64,000 bases of DNA, taken from assembly GCF_009914755.1 (NCBI RefSeq), contig NC_060947.1, one strand, 5' to 3'. The notes beneath the pieces were generated by a model. That model did no database searches, was not told the origin of the DNA, and saw only the letters and a list, made by a program, of their open reading frames with translations. Of this stretch, positions 44,163 through 64,000 are shown piece by piece. Origin of the DNA: the human T2T-CHM13v2.0 reference genome, Homo sapiens. Both the position numbers and the translations under genes were made by a program. The first letter of the stretch is position 1; each line of letters opens with the position of its first letter.

Positions 44163-45220
44163 CAGAGGTGCATCTACTATGAAGCTAAGGAATATTAATC
44201 TTCAGTGTCTGTCAGTTGCACAGGCCCCTTTCAAGGCCCTGAGAGAGTCGTTAGAAACATGCTAACATGATTTTATGCCTTTCTTTAATTTGAAAGCTAA
44301 GGTATTTTGACAGCAATTGGTTAAGACTATTGTTGCTTTCCACTCTGACTTCCCCTCCATCATACTATCTCTTCTGCCAGACAGCAATGGAATGCTAGCA
44401 AGCATATTTGGGATCTAGCAAAGGGCAAGGTGAGTATTAAGTGGTTTGCAGTTGCTTCCATGTAGTTAATTTATTGCTAACTGTCTTGGTATAGAAATGG
44501 CTTCCAGGAATCCTCCTATTTCCAATTGTGCCAGTTCACTTGGTGTCTTGACATGAAGGTTTATGGCTTGAGAAATATGTAGGTAAAGGAGGAGAAACAA
44601 AGTTTGAAAGGAACTAAGCAAGATAGTAATCTGTGGAAAAATCTTCAAATCATCAGATATGTAAAATTATAATTTAAATTTGGTTCTCATCTATGCCTGG
44701 AAAAAACAAAAGGACTTGCCTGAAAGGACCATACTAATAATGCAGCTTATTCAATTATGCATGTACCACACATTTTCGTTTGCTTTTGATAGAAATTGGG
44801 TGAAAAGTAATTCATCAGAATCCTTGGGTTCACAGGGGACAGAGTTGTAACAGACAACACATACATATGTGTGAATTTGCATTATTTATGTATCCCAACT
44901 ATTTATAACTAAAAAATAAATTTGGTCAATCAAATATATTACAAAACCCTTGTTATATGAAGCGGTAATCAAAGAGTAGGCAGCTAAAAAGCATAGGATA
45001 AAGATTAGAGATGAGTTAGGTAATAATAAATATGGTATTTTTTCTAGATTTGGTAGCATTTAACAGGTTTCTCAGCTTTAAAAAGTGTAAAATATTGTAA
45101 TGTCATTTCTTATTGTAAATGAGTATTTATTTTCCTACTTAATTTTGTATTTGTAACTTTGTATTTTTTCTTAAAGAAAATCATATAAGCTTCAGGCCCC
45201 ACAAAATCTGCCTCTTCAGT
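44163..45220. mobile_element. hAT-type DNA transposon remnant (Zaphod/Tip100-like)
   Basis: The ends cagaggtgcatctactatgaagctaa...caggccccttt and aagcttcaggccccacaaaatctg resemble the termini of this family as recalled. Confidence 0.45.
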
Positions 45221-46554
45221 ACTTGTTGATGTGTCATGATTGAATGGTGTATTCAGGAGTCAAGTATTATTTTCTGTGCTTTTGATACCTACAGGCTTTG
45301 TGAGATTATGTATGTGCATGTGTATATGTGCATACACATATGTGTGTGAGCGTATGTGTGTCATGAGTCTGTGATGGGGTAACATAGAGTAGAGATAGGA
45401 ATTCAGCCTCTAGGTCTGAGACACAATGAACTAGATTCAGCTGTGTACCAGGTAATGTGCATTAATGGGAAAGAAAATATGTTTCATAAGGAAATATTTA
45501 GTTAACACTAAATTTGGTTTACACGTCTAATTTATAGAAAACAAATATGCCTTGTGGGTGGTTTGTTACTCATTGGTAACTTTTCTGTATCATAGAACAA
45601 CTTTGATGAGAAAAAGCATTTTCATCATTTGGGATTCTTTGAATAATTTGTGATTTTTAAATTTTATTTCTGACTCATTTTAGCCCATTATGCATATTCT
45701 CCCCATTTGCCAATATTTTAATAATTTTTATTTTTTAATTGCTTTAAAATGTCACCAGTATATATTTTTAAATTTTATCTAAAGACATGATTTATGATTT
45801 ACATCTTATTTGCTTTAGTTTTGTTGGCTTTCCAGTACGATATCTGCTTTTGTAGATTTAAAAATCATTTTTAGTATGAAATTAATTTACCCATTTAGTC
45901 CTACATTTCTATTTAAATTTTTCTTGTGCTTAATTTCTTATAACTTAGGGTAATCTTTATATATCCGTAATATATAATTACTCTTGCCTGGCATATTCTG
46001 CCTCTTATTAAACGTGCATTGCAACTTGGTCAGTGTGAGGGTCGCCTGGATTTCCATAAAATAGAAATAAAAATATTGATTTCAGAAGACACTGTTTTAT
46101 GATAAGAACGTGGAAAATAAGGTTCTTTACCATTGTAGTGGTTATCAGTAGGTGTGAGGATATGAGGAGAGGTTTCTGATCTGAGTGAAGGCTAATTTAC
46201 GGAATAGGGTTGGGGCCCACCTGATGGTGTAGGGACAGGAGGGAATTCTCTATTTCTATGTTGGGGTTGACCTACTCTCAGAAGAGAATAATATGTGGTT
46301 GATATGCTGATTAAGAGAGCTCAGTTTTTATTGCAGATTCTTTCTGCCTGGGGGTAAGTCATAGCCCTACCTCTAGGTAGTGTCTTTCCCTTTTATTGAC
46401 AACAGAATGACAGCATTTTGTACCAAAAATTCTGACATTATGTAATGATGTAGAATTGTCTCAAGTAATGTACTTCCAGTACAGATCTCATTTTCACTGA
46501 CAGCAAAGCCCAGAAAAGTGGGAAGATGTATGGAATATCTCCCACAATGGGTAT

Positions 46555-47359
46555 TATGGCAGGCAGCCTTTAATATGGTTTCCAATGATCCTGTCTTGGT
46601 TATTCATGTCTTATGTAACCCCATCCTTTTTAGTATAATAAGCTCTACTTAATGACTTGCTTCTAATGGCAGAGGTAATGGGATGTCAATTCCAAAATTG
46701 GGTAACAAAAACACTCTGACTTCTGTCTTCATTTTCTCTTGTTCTCTTATTTGTTCATTCTGACGGAAGCTATATTTTATGTTGTATTTTGCCCTATAGA
46801 GAGGTGCATGTTGTAAGGAAATGGGAGCAGCTTCTAGCCAATGATCAGCAGTGAACTGAGGCCCTAAGCTCAACAGCTTGCAACAAATTGAATCTTTCCA
46901 AACACTACTTGAATGAGCTTGGAAACAGATCCTCTCCCAGCAAAACCTTGAAATGAGACTGTAGCCCTAGCCAACACCTTAATTGCAGTCTTATGAACTA
47001 ATTGGATGGATACTCCTGGCTGTAACTTCATGCTTTCTTGAAAAATCTGGTAATTCACCAATATTCAATGAAAACTAGATGCAGGCTGGATGTGGTGGCT
47101 CACGCCTGTAATCCCAGCACTTTGGGAGGCTGAGGCAGGTGGATCACTTGAGGCCAGGATTTCGAGATTAGCCTGGCCAACATGGTGAAACCCTGTCTCT
47201 ATTTAAAAAAAAATTAGAAAAAGAAAACTTGATGCAGAATCATCGATTAAGCCATGCATTGATACCTGACCCAAAGTAACTATAAAATAATAAATGTTTA
47301 TTGCTTTAAGCTGCTAAGTTTTGGAGTAATTTATTTTGCAGCCATAGATAAGTAATACA
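46555..47359 (+). mobile_element. MaLR LTR (MLT1E/F-like) containing an Alu monomer and a short foreign insert
   Basis: tatggcaggcagcctttaatatgg...gaactgaggcc...ttttaagctgctaagttttggagtaatttattttgcagccatagataagtaataca. Confidence 0.85.
47084..47222 (+). mobile_element. Alu left monomer only (AluS-like)
   Basis: The left arm ends at the A-rich linker; TSD GAAAACT[A/T]GATGCA (47070-47083, 47223-47236). Confidence 0.9.
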
Positions 47360-47414
47360 AGGGTGCACTCCTTCCTACAGCAAATTAGGTACCCCATTTC
47401 ACTGTATTTATACT

Positions 47415-48160
47415 TTAAATTTTTTTAATCAACAAATAAAATTCTATGTATTTATCATGTACAACATAATGTTTTGAAGTAAATATACATGGTGGAATAA
47501 CTAAATATAATAATTAACATATGCATTACCTCATATAGTTATCATTTTTATGGTGAGAACACCTAACACCTACTCTCTTAGCATTTGAGAACACAATATA
47601 TTGTTATTAACTATTGTCACCATGTGGCACAAGAGATTTCTTGAACTTATATCTAGTATCTCACTAAAATTTTATATCCTTTGACCAACATCTCCCTAAC
47701 CTCTCCCCAGTAATTTCTTCAGCTCCTGGCAATCACCATTCTACTCTCATTTTATGAGATCAACTTTTTTAAATTCCACATACGAATTAGATCATGTGGT
47801 ATTTATCTTTCTGTGCCTGGCTTAATTAATATAATGTCCTTCAGATTCATCCACGTTGTCACAAGTGACAAGATTTTATTCTTTTTAAAGGCTGAATAGT
47901 ATTCCATTGTGTATATACACCACATTTTCTTTATCCATTCATTCATTGATAGACACTTAGGTGGATTTCATATCTTGGCTGTTGTGAATAATGCTATAAT
48001 AAGCATTGGAGTACAGATATCTCTTCAACATATTGATTTCATTTCCTTTGGATATATACCCAGTAGTAAGATTGCTGAATCACATAAGAGTTCTATTTTT
48101 AATTTTTTGAGGAACTGCCATACTGTTATCCATAATGGCTGTACTAATTTACATTCACAT
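47415..48160 (-). mobile_element. L1MA-type 3' end
   Basis: atgtacaacataatgttttgaag...aacatatgcattacctca...ggctgaatagtattccattgtgtatatacaccacattttc. Confidence 0.88.
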
Positions 48161-49449
48161 TAAAAATATCACTGCACTTATTCTTAATCTGTCCTGCACC
48201 TGCCCCACTGCCTCATCCCCCATCACATCAATCATGGAAAACTACACATCCCAGGGAATAGCCTTCAAGTAACTCATAGTCAACCATATAAAGGGCAAAG
48301 TTACAGGACCCTTCAGCATGTCAGGTTAACTTAAATCATTTTATAATTAATCCTCTTGAGGCCACTATTTCCTTTGATGCCATCCCCTTCCAAGCAGATA
48401 ACTAATTGAACCTATACTCCTGGCTGTAATTTTATGCTTTATTACCTGGTTACTCACCAGTATCCAAGGACAGGGGAATAGCTGCTATGGAGGAACAGAA
48501 AAAGTCTTCATATCCTCAGCTTCTTTACAACCACGACAATGTAATACCCATTCAGGTTCTCCATCAGCTTTGAGATGTTACCTTTACAAACTCAAGTTTT
48601 GCTGCTTCAGCTAAGCATCCTTGCCACTTCTTCATGCTATTAGAGTATGAATCTAATCTGTCCTTTGTGGTGAATCCAATCTGTCCTTTTAGATGCTTTT
48701 ATTTCCCCTACCCCTCAAGAAAACTCTTCACTCCCTAAGTGAAAGAGGAAAAAATCTCCTCCCAGGGTATGTAAGATGCACAGATAAAGATTGAATAATT
48801 TGTTAGAATATATCATAAAATAAGTCATTCCACATTTGAGTCATATTGATGTTTATGTAAATATAATGCATATGACAGATTGAATATAAAAGAAGCTAGT
48901 ATAATTCTGCTTGCAAGGTTTTTCATCCCATAATGGTTTCTACAGGTTTAAACCTATTATTAGAGAACTGCATCAGACCACTCACTTGACCATATAATGT
49001 TAGAATCATTTAGAAAAAGCTATTTTAAATAACATTACATTTCAGTTGCCAAAACTATGGTGAATGGTGGCTTCTTTGGGGATTTTTAAAGGGAAGATCA
49101 CAAATTAGAAAACGGAAAAATTGTCCAATATATCCTCAAAATAATTATTATCCTACTAATGTAATTACTTTTGGAATTATACCTACAAACACCAATAATA
49201 GGTAATAACCAAGAAACAAAGTGAATATTCATACATAGAGATAAATAAAGTTTATTTACATTAAGTTCTACCCAAATCCTACAATTTTACAATATTTTCC
49301 CACTGATAAAATATAGAGAGAGCAAAAAAAACCTGAAATTAATTATTTGATCCCAGGACTCGTTTCTGCCCAGATCATCACCTGCTTGGTGAAATTTGGG
49401 AGACAATAGGTGGTTGAATAATGGGAATGTGTAGGTAATATTGTATTTT

Positions 49450-49621
49450 ACAATGCTTGCCAAATATTACTGTTCATACGAGTAGTCTGGAGAGCTTATT
49501 AGAACATAAATTCCTGCTATACTTCTTGAATAGGTCAGGAATGGGGCCCATACATTTCCATTTCTTATTCTCTGGTAATAATGATGTAGCTGGACCAATG
49601 AGCACATTTTGACTAGTACTG
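49450..49621. mobile_element. MER5-like DNA transposon
   Basis: ctggagagcttatt...ggtcaggaatggggccca...gatgtagctggacc...cacattttgactagtactg. Confidence 0.5.
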
Positions 49622-50995
49622 ATGTATCCTGGAACTTGGGAATAGTTCAACAGTCATAGAGTTTCAATAACACTCTGTGAAGTTTTTTTTTTCCCTTTTT
49701 ATGAGGAACTTCTTTCCTCTTTTATGAGGAAGCTTCTGGGATGTTTTAATAATCCTTGGCAAAAAATTCAACCAATTATAAGTTTTCCTGATGTGCTGCA
49801 TAGGGACTCTTCAACATGGAGTCAGTCAGATGAGTCCAAGTTTTATAATATCTCAGCCCAGTGTGAGGAATCACTTAGCTGTGTCTATTTGTAACTGTAG
49901 CTTCAAATACTTCATGGCCACCTGCTGATGGACATCATATATTTAGAGAGACTACATACACTTCCTAAAACAATAACAACAATAGCAACAAGAAGTATTC
50001 ATTATAGCTGCTTAGAAATCTATCTGTAGAAGTAAATACTTTTTTTTCATTTTGAACAATGTGAACTCCTCTTAAAAACAAATTAATGAGCGCTATCTTT
50101 GACACTGGTGGAGCAGAGAGCTCCAGGGATCTGTTATTCCATACAAACAACCATTAAACTGACTAAAACTATCAGAATCAACTCTTTCAGAACGCTAAAA
50201 TATGTATTTTTAAAAACTTACAACAACAAGGAGAGTGTTTAATGAAGAAAGAGGCTGCAAAATTTCTTAATAGAATACTAGGGCATTTTAAATTATTTAC
50301 CGATGACCCTCCACTCTCCAGTCAAGCAGTGGCCATGATGATGGTGGTTCACTTTTTGGGGTGGCTTACTGATATCAGAGGGGGCAATCATTTACAAAGA
50401 ATTATGGTTGTGGATTTTGATGTGTCTGGTGTCTCCGTGAGGCATTAACTCAGGGGCCTGGTTTGGTTTTGTCTCCCTTAGAACTCAGGGCCGGATGATC
50501 CTCCCAGACAGCATTTTACAAAAACATTTAAAAGTAAATACTAACTTCTGCTGCCTGAGTTAAGGGACAACACTGGGGGCAAGCAACAGGCAGATTGAAA
50601 ACTTAGGAGAAAAGATGCTGGGGAATGAGATACTTAAGGGAGGAGGGTATAAGGGCTTGGAAAAGATTTTGCAAATCCTACGGAATTCAGAAGGCCATGC
50701 AAATGCCTATAGATAGGTGCATGCTCAGAAAATACATGAGAAAACCCTAAGTTTACATCTCAATCTGAATTTTAGGCTCCTTGTAAGCAGGAAGTGAAGG
50801 CTAAGGAAGAATTTTTAGTTCCTTGGCTATGTTTTGAAGAAATTCCTCAATACAGAGCCAATCTGCAAAAACAAAAAACTAATCCAAAAGAAGTAACAAC
50901 AACAAACCCTGAAGAGTGAGGATAACTTGGTTTCTAGAGTTATCACATTATATGATTCAAGATGACTAGTTTTCAGCAACAAAATAAATGACATG

Positions 50996-57851
<6,856 letters not shown>

Positions 57852-60800
57852 AAAGTAAATTACATGATAGAAATAGAGACAAGAAATCATGGCCCTTTCA
57901 AATAAAAAAATAAAATTAACAGAAACTGTCACCTAGGAAGACCAGACATTCAGTTTACTAGAAAAGGACTTTAAATAAATGGCTTTTAATATGTTCAAAG
58001 AGCTCAAGAGAATCTGGCAAAAATATGTAATGTAATCCAGGAGAATGGTATGTCACTACAGAAAGAATATCAATAAAGGGAAATCAATTATTTAAAAGAA
58101 ACCAAATCGAAATTTTGGAGCTAAAAGGTATAATAACTGATACTTTTAGAAAAATCACTAGAAGGGTTCCACATACGACTTGAGCAAGGAAGATAAACAA
58201 TCAGCAAACATACAAATGGGTCAATTGAAATTATGTAATCTGAGATGCAGAAAGAAAAATAATGAAGAAAAATAAAGATTCTAAGGTACATATGGTACAC
58301 CACTGATCCTACCAACATACCCATAAGTGTGTCCCCAGAAGGAAAAAAAGAAGTAAGAGTGCAGAGACAAGAAGAAATAAAGTCAAAAAACTTTGAAAAT
58401 TTGTTAACAGACATGAATCTACACAACCAAGAATCTCAGTGGTTCCAAGTAGAACCCATTGAGATCCATTGGATTCAAAGCAGCACATATTAAAGCAGCT
58501 CACACTAAAACACGTTATAATTAAATTATCAAACCAGAGATAAAATATCTTAAATGCAGCAAGAGAGAAATGAATTGTATTGTATAAGGTATCCTCAATA
58601 ACATTAAAAGCCAATTTATTATCATAATCTGTGGAGTCTAGAGGCAGCAGATAATATTTAAAGTGCTGAAAGAAAAAGCCCTGTCAATCAAGAATTCTAT
58701 GCCTGGTAAAACACTTCCTCAAAAATACAGAAGAAATTAAGTTATTCCTACACAAACAAAAGCTGAGGGAGTTTGTCACTGGTAGACCTGCCTTACAAGA
58801 AATACAAAAGTAGTCTCTTAGGCTGAAATGAAGGATGATAGACAGTTAACTCAAAGCCATATGATGCAAGAAAGTATATCATTAAATAAAAATACAGCAG
58901 CAAATACAAAAGCCAATCTTGTTTCATTTTGTGTTTGCAATGTCTCTTTATTCCTATATGATAGAAAGGATAAGTCCATAAAACAATATTATTAACAAAT
59001 GTTAATGGGCATGCAATGTATAAATATGTAATTTGTGACAATAACATAAAGGGGGAGGGCTAGAGATTTATAGACAGAGAATTTTTGTATACTGCTGAAG
59101 GTAAGCTGGTATCAATTGAAACTAGATTGTTATAAATTTAAGATGTGAGTTTTCATCCCCACATTGGTTCTAAGAAAATGACTAGAAAATATACAAAAAG
59201 AAAATAAGAAGAGAATCAAAATGGTAACTAAAAAAATCCACCAAATCAAGTCTCAATAAATTTCAAAAGATGGAAACCTTACAAAGTGTTTTCTCTGAAT
59301 AAAACCATCTATAGATAACAGAAGAAAAGCTGGAAATTCCCCCAAATTTTTAGAACTTAAGATACAAGTAAGCAACCAATGGATCAAAAAAGAAATGACA
59401 AGGGAAATTAGAAAATACTTTGAGATGAATGAAAATGAAAACACAACATAGTAAGGCAAATAGGATATGGCAGAAGGAGTGCTCAGAGAAAAATTTATAG
59501 TTTTAAGTGTTTACAATAAAAGAAAAGAGAGGTTACAAGTGAATAAACTACATTTACAACTAAAAACTATAGAAAAAATAGATAATGAGCTAGTATACTA
59601 GCTAGTATAAGGAGGAAATAATAAAGATGAGAGAAATGTAAAAGAAAATAGAACAACCACAGAGAAAAACCTGAAACCAAAGCTTCATTCTTTGAAAAGA
59701 TCAACAAATTGGTAAACCTTAAGCTAGACTGATTAAGGCAAAAAAGGACTCAAGTTTTAATGTAAGAAATGAAGATATAGATATTACTACCAACCTTATA
59801 TAAATAAATAGCATTATCAAGATGATTATGACTTGTACACCAAAAAATTAGATAACTTGATAAAGTGGACAAATTCCAAAGATACACACAACTATCACAA
59901 CTGAACACAATGATAAATAGAAAATCCGAATAGACCTATTATTAGTAAGGAGACCGAATAAGCCCTCAACAACTTTCAAACAAAGAAAAGCCCAGGATCA
60001 CATGGCTTCACTAGTAAATTCTATCAAACTCTTTAAAAAGAAATATTACCGATCCTTCTAAAATGCTTCAAAGAAATGAAAAGGAATGAATACTTCTTAA
60101 TTTAGTCTATGAAGCCAGCATTACTCTGATACCAAACCAAATATATGACAAGAAAAGAGAGCCACAGACAAATAACACTTATGAATACATGTGCAAAAAT
60201 CTTCAGCAAAATATTAGCAAATAAAATCCAGAAACAAATTAAAATAATAATTAACCATTGCCAAGTGAGATTTGTTCCAGAAATGCAAGGGTGTTTCAAT
60301 ATATGGAAAGCAGTCAATGTAATACACCACATTAGCAAAATGAGGGAGAAAAAAATCACATGATCATTTCAACCGATTCAGAAAAAGCATTTGACTAATT
60401 TGAACATGCTTCCATTATAAAAACCCTTAACAACCTAGGAATAGAAGAGAATTTCCTCAACATGGGAAAGCATTTATTAAAATTTCAGTGATGAAAAACT
60501 GAAAGCTCTCCCCATAAAATCAGGAACAAAATAAAGGTGCACACATTCATCCCTTCCATTGGACATTGTACTGTAAGTTCCAGCAAAATCAATTAAAGAA
60601 GAAAAATAAAACCATCTAAACTGAAAAGAAAAAAATAAAAATATGTCTACTTTCAAATTGCATGACTTTATATATAAAAATACTAAAAATCCCATGAAAA
60701 ATGATTGGAACCCATCAATGAATTCTGCAAAGTTGCAAGATATGAGATGAACAGACAAAAATCTGTTTTATTTCTGTATCCTAGAAATTGTCAATCTGAA

Positions 60801-61006
60801 AAAAAATTAAGAAACAATTCCATTTATGATAGTATCAAAAAGAATAAAATACCTAGGAATAAATTTAACCAAGGAGATGCAAGATTTTTACACTGAAAAC
60901 TACATGATATGCTGAAAGAAATTAAAGATGACCTAAGCAAATGACAAATGGAAATATAACACGTATTTATGGATGGGAAGACTAAATATTGTTAAGATGG
61001 CAATAC

Positions 61007-61507
61007 TTGGATAAAGAAATGTGGTACATAGACAAAACAGAAGAAAATTCTGTCATTTGCAATGATATAAATGAACCTGGATGTAAAATAAGCCAGGCAA
61101 GAAAAACAAATACCAAATGATTTGATTTATATGTGGAATCTATCTAATGAAGTCAAACGTATACAAGCAGAGAGTAGCATGAGGGTTACCAAGGGCTAGG
61201 GGAAGAGAGGACTGGGGATATGTTGGTTAAAGGATACACAATTTCAGATAGACAGGAGGAATTAGTTCAAGAGATCAATTGTACAACATGATGGCAATGA
61301 TTAAAAAGAATGCACTGTACACTAGAAAACTGCTAAAAGAGATGTCAAGTGTTCTAACCACAAAAATGATAAATATATGAGGTAATGCATATATTAATTA
61401 GCTTGATTTAGCCATTCCACAATGTATATTCCAAAACACCATGTTGTACACCATAAATACATATAATTTTGTAATTAAAATAATTCAAAAATAAATAACT
61501 TTTTTTA
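61007..61507 (+). mobile_element. 5'-truncated L1MA-type 3' end nested in L1M ORF2
   Basis: tggataaagaaatgtggtacata...attagcttgatttagccattccacaatgtata; flanked by aagatggcaatact / aaggtagcaatact. Confidence 0.8.
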
Positions 61508-62844
61508 AAAGGTAGCAATACTCCCCAAAGAAATCTATATATTCAATGCAATCCCTATCAAAATTCTAGTGGATTCATTGTTGAAATAAAAATAAAATTT
61601 CTAAAAGTCAAATGGCATTTCAAGAGACACTGAATAGCCAAAAAAATTAGAAAATTGAAGGACTCAAAATTTTAGGTTCAAAACTTACTACAAAGTTACA
61701 GCAATCAAAAACAACATGGTACTAATGTAAAGATAAAAATACAAATTAATGGGATACAATTGAGATTCCAGAAATAAACCGATAAATCTTTGATCAATTG
61801 ATTTTTGAAAGGGCTGCCAAAAACATTCAATGGGGAAACTAGAATCACTTCAACAAATGATGTTGGGACAATTGCATAGCCACATGCAAAACTGTTTACA
61901 ATGCAGTTGGACCGTTACCTCACACCATATACAAAATATATACAAAAATTAAGTCAAAGTTGATCAGAGTTCTCAATATAAGAGACAGAAATATAAAACT
62001 ATTAAAAGAAAACCTAAGGGTCTATTTTGTATGACTTTGGATTTAATAATGGATTCTTAAATATGACACTAAAAACACAAACAACAAAAAATAGACAAAT
62101 TGGACTTCAAACCTTCAACTTTTGCACATGAAAAATATTTTATCAATAAATTTAAAAGAAAAACCACACAATTACAGAAAATATTTGCAAGTCATATATG
62201 TGGTTAAGTGTCAAATAACCAGACTTTATAAAGATCTCCTTCAACTTAGCAAAAACAAAACAAAACAAAAAACATCAACTCTATTAAAAAATGGAGCAAA
62301 GGATTTCAGCAGACTTTTACCCAAAGAAGATATATAAATGGCAAATACATACACGAAAAGATGCTCACCATCATTATTCATTAAGAAAAATACAAATCAA
62401 AACCATAATGAATTACTACCTCATAGCCACTAAGCTGGCTATAATTTTAAAAATCAGAAAATAAGCAATGGTAAAGATGTGGAGAGATTGGAACCCTTCT
62501 ATATTACTGGTTAAAGTGTAAAATGATGCAGCCACTGTGTAAACAACTCTTCCTCAATAAGTTAAACTTAGAATCTCCTTGTTTCCCAGTAATTCCAATC
62601 CTAGATATACTTTTGAGAGAATTGAAAACTGGTGTTCAAACAAAAGCTTGTACACGAATGCTCATAGCAGTAATATTCACAATAGTCCAAAGGTGAAAAC
62701 AGTCTAAATGTCCACCACTGGAACAGTGAATAAGCACAATATATTACAATATGCCCATTCACTGGAATATTATTCAGCCATAAAAAGCAATGAAGTACTA
62801 ATATATGTTAAAACATGGATGAACCGAAGATATCCTAAGTGAAA

Positions 62845-64000
62845 TGCAAAAAGAACAAAGCTGGAGGCATTATGTTACCAGACTTCAAAATATACTATAA
62901 GGCTTTTATGAACAAAACAGCACGGTATGGGTACAGAAACAGAGACATAGACCAATGGAACAGAATAGATAGCCCAGAAATAATGCCACACACCCATAAT
63001 CATCTGGTCTTTGAAAAAGTAAACAAAAACAAGAAATGGGGGAAGGACTCCCTATTCAATAAATGGTGCTGGGATAGCTGGCTAGCAATATGCAGAAGAT
63101 TGAAACAGGACCTGTTCCTTATACCATACACAAAAATCAACTCAACATGGATTAAAGACCTAAATGTAAAATCTAAAACTATAAAAACCTGGAAGACAAC
63201 CTAGGAAATGCCATTCTGGACATAGGACCCGGCAAAGATTTCATGATGAAGATGCCAAAAGCAATTACAACATAAACAACGTTAGACAAATAGGGCCTAA
63301 TTAAACTAAAGAGCTTCTGCATAGCAAAAGAAACTAGCAACAGAGTTAACAGGCAACCTACAGAATTAACAGGCAACCTACAGAATAGGAGAAAATATTT
63401 TCAAACTACACATCCAACAAAAGTCAATGTCCAGAATCTATAAATGACTGCAACAAATCAACAAGCAACAAACAAACAATCCCATTAACAATGGGCAAAG
63501 AACATAAATACACAATTTTTTAAAAAAGACACACACATGACTAACAAGCATATGAAAAAGTGCTCAACATCACTAATCATTACAGAATGCAAATCAAAAT
63601 CACCATGAGATACCATCTCACATCAGTAAGAATGGCTATTATTAGAAAGCAATGCTGGCGAGGTTGCTGAGAAAAAAGAATACTTATACACTGCTGTTGA
63701 GAATGTAAATTAGTTCAGCCATTGTGGGAAGCAGTTTGGCAATTTCTCAAAGAGCTCAAAGTAGAATTACCATTCCACCCAGCAATCCCATTATTGGGAT
63801 TATAGCCAAAGGAATATAAATCATTCTACCATACAGATAGATGCATGCGTATGTTCATCACAGTACTATTCACAATAGCAAAGATGTGGAATCAATCTAA
63901 ATGGCCATCAGTGGTAGACTGGATAAAGAAAATGTGGTACATATACACCATGGAATACTATGCAGTCATAAAAGAAGAATGAGATCATGTCCTTTGCAGC
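62845..64000 (+). mobile_element. L1PA/PB ORF2 3' part, running off the window
   Basis: ORF 62839..63204: [19 protein letters not shown]...[12 protein letters not shown]. Confidence 0.9.

Overview
Primate, most likely human, genomic DNA. The very high L1 density (most of 16-64 kb) and a MAGE-family sequence suggest the X chromosome, but this is inference. No intact protein-coding gene is supported. The one gene-like locus is an intronless, disabled type II MAGE gene on the minus strand (~7500->5377). It encodes roughly 80 copies of an 18-bp/6-aa repeat (TWQxPS grading into TSQGPS and T[SL][EK]xPS), fused in frame to only the second winged-helix half (WH-B) of a MAGE homology domain. It carries several nonsense codons and two 5' frameshifts. 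A GC-rich putative promoter/5' region (~7700-8050) and a downstream AATAAA (4820-4815) are also present. The rest is nested retroelements: L2, MIR, MaLR LTRs, old L1M, a full-length L1PA10-like element, two 5'-inverted L1PA insertions and several Alus, including a very young AluYa4/5-type copy. Four insertions that are not transposable elements (three copied from nearby DNA, one captured from elsewhere) show microhomology or foldback junctions. Subfamily names and most repeat boundaries are read by eye and are approximate.
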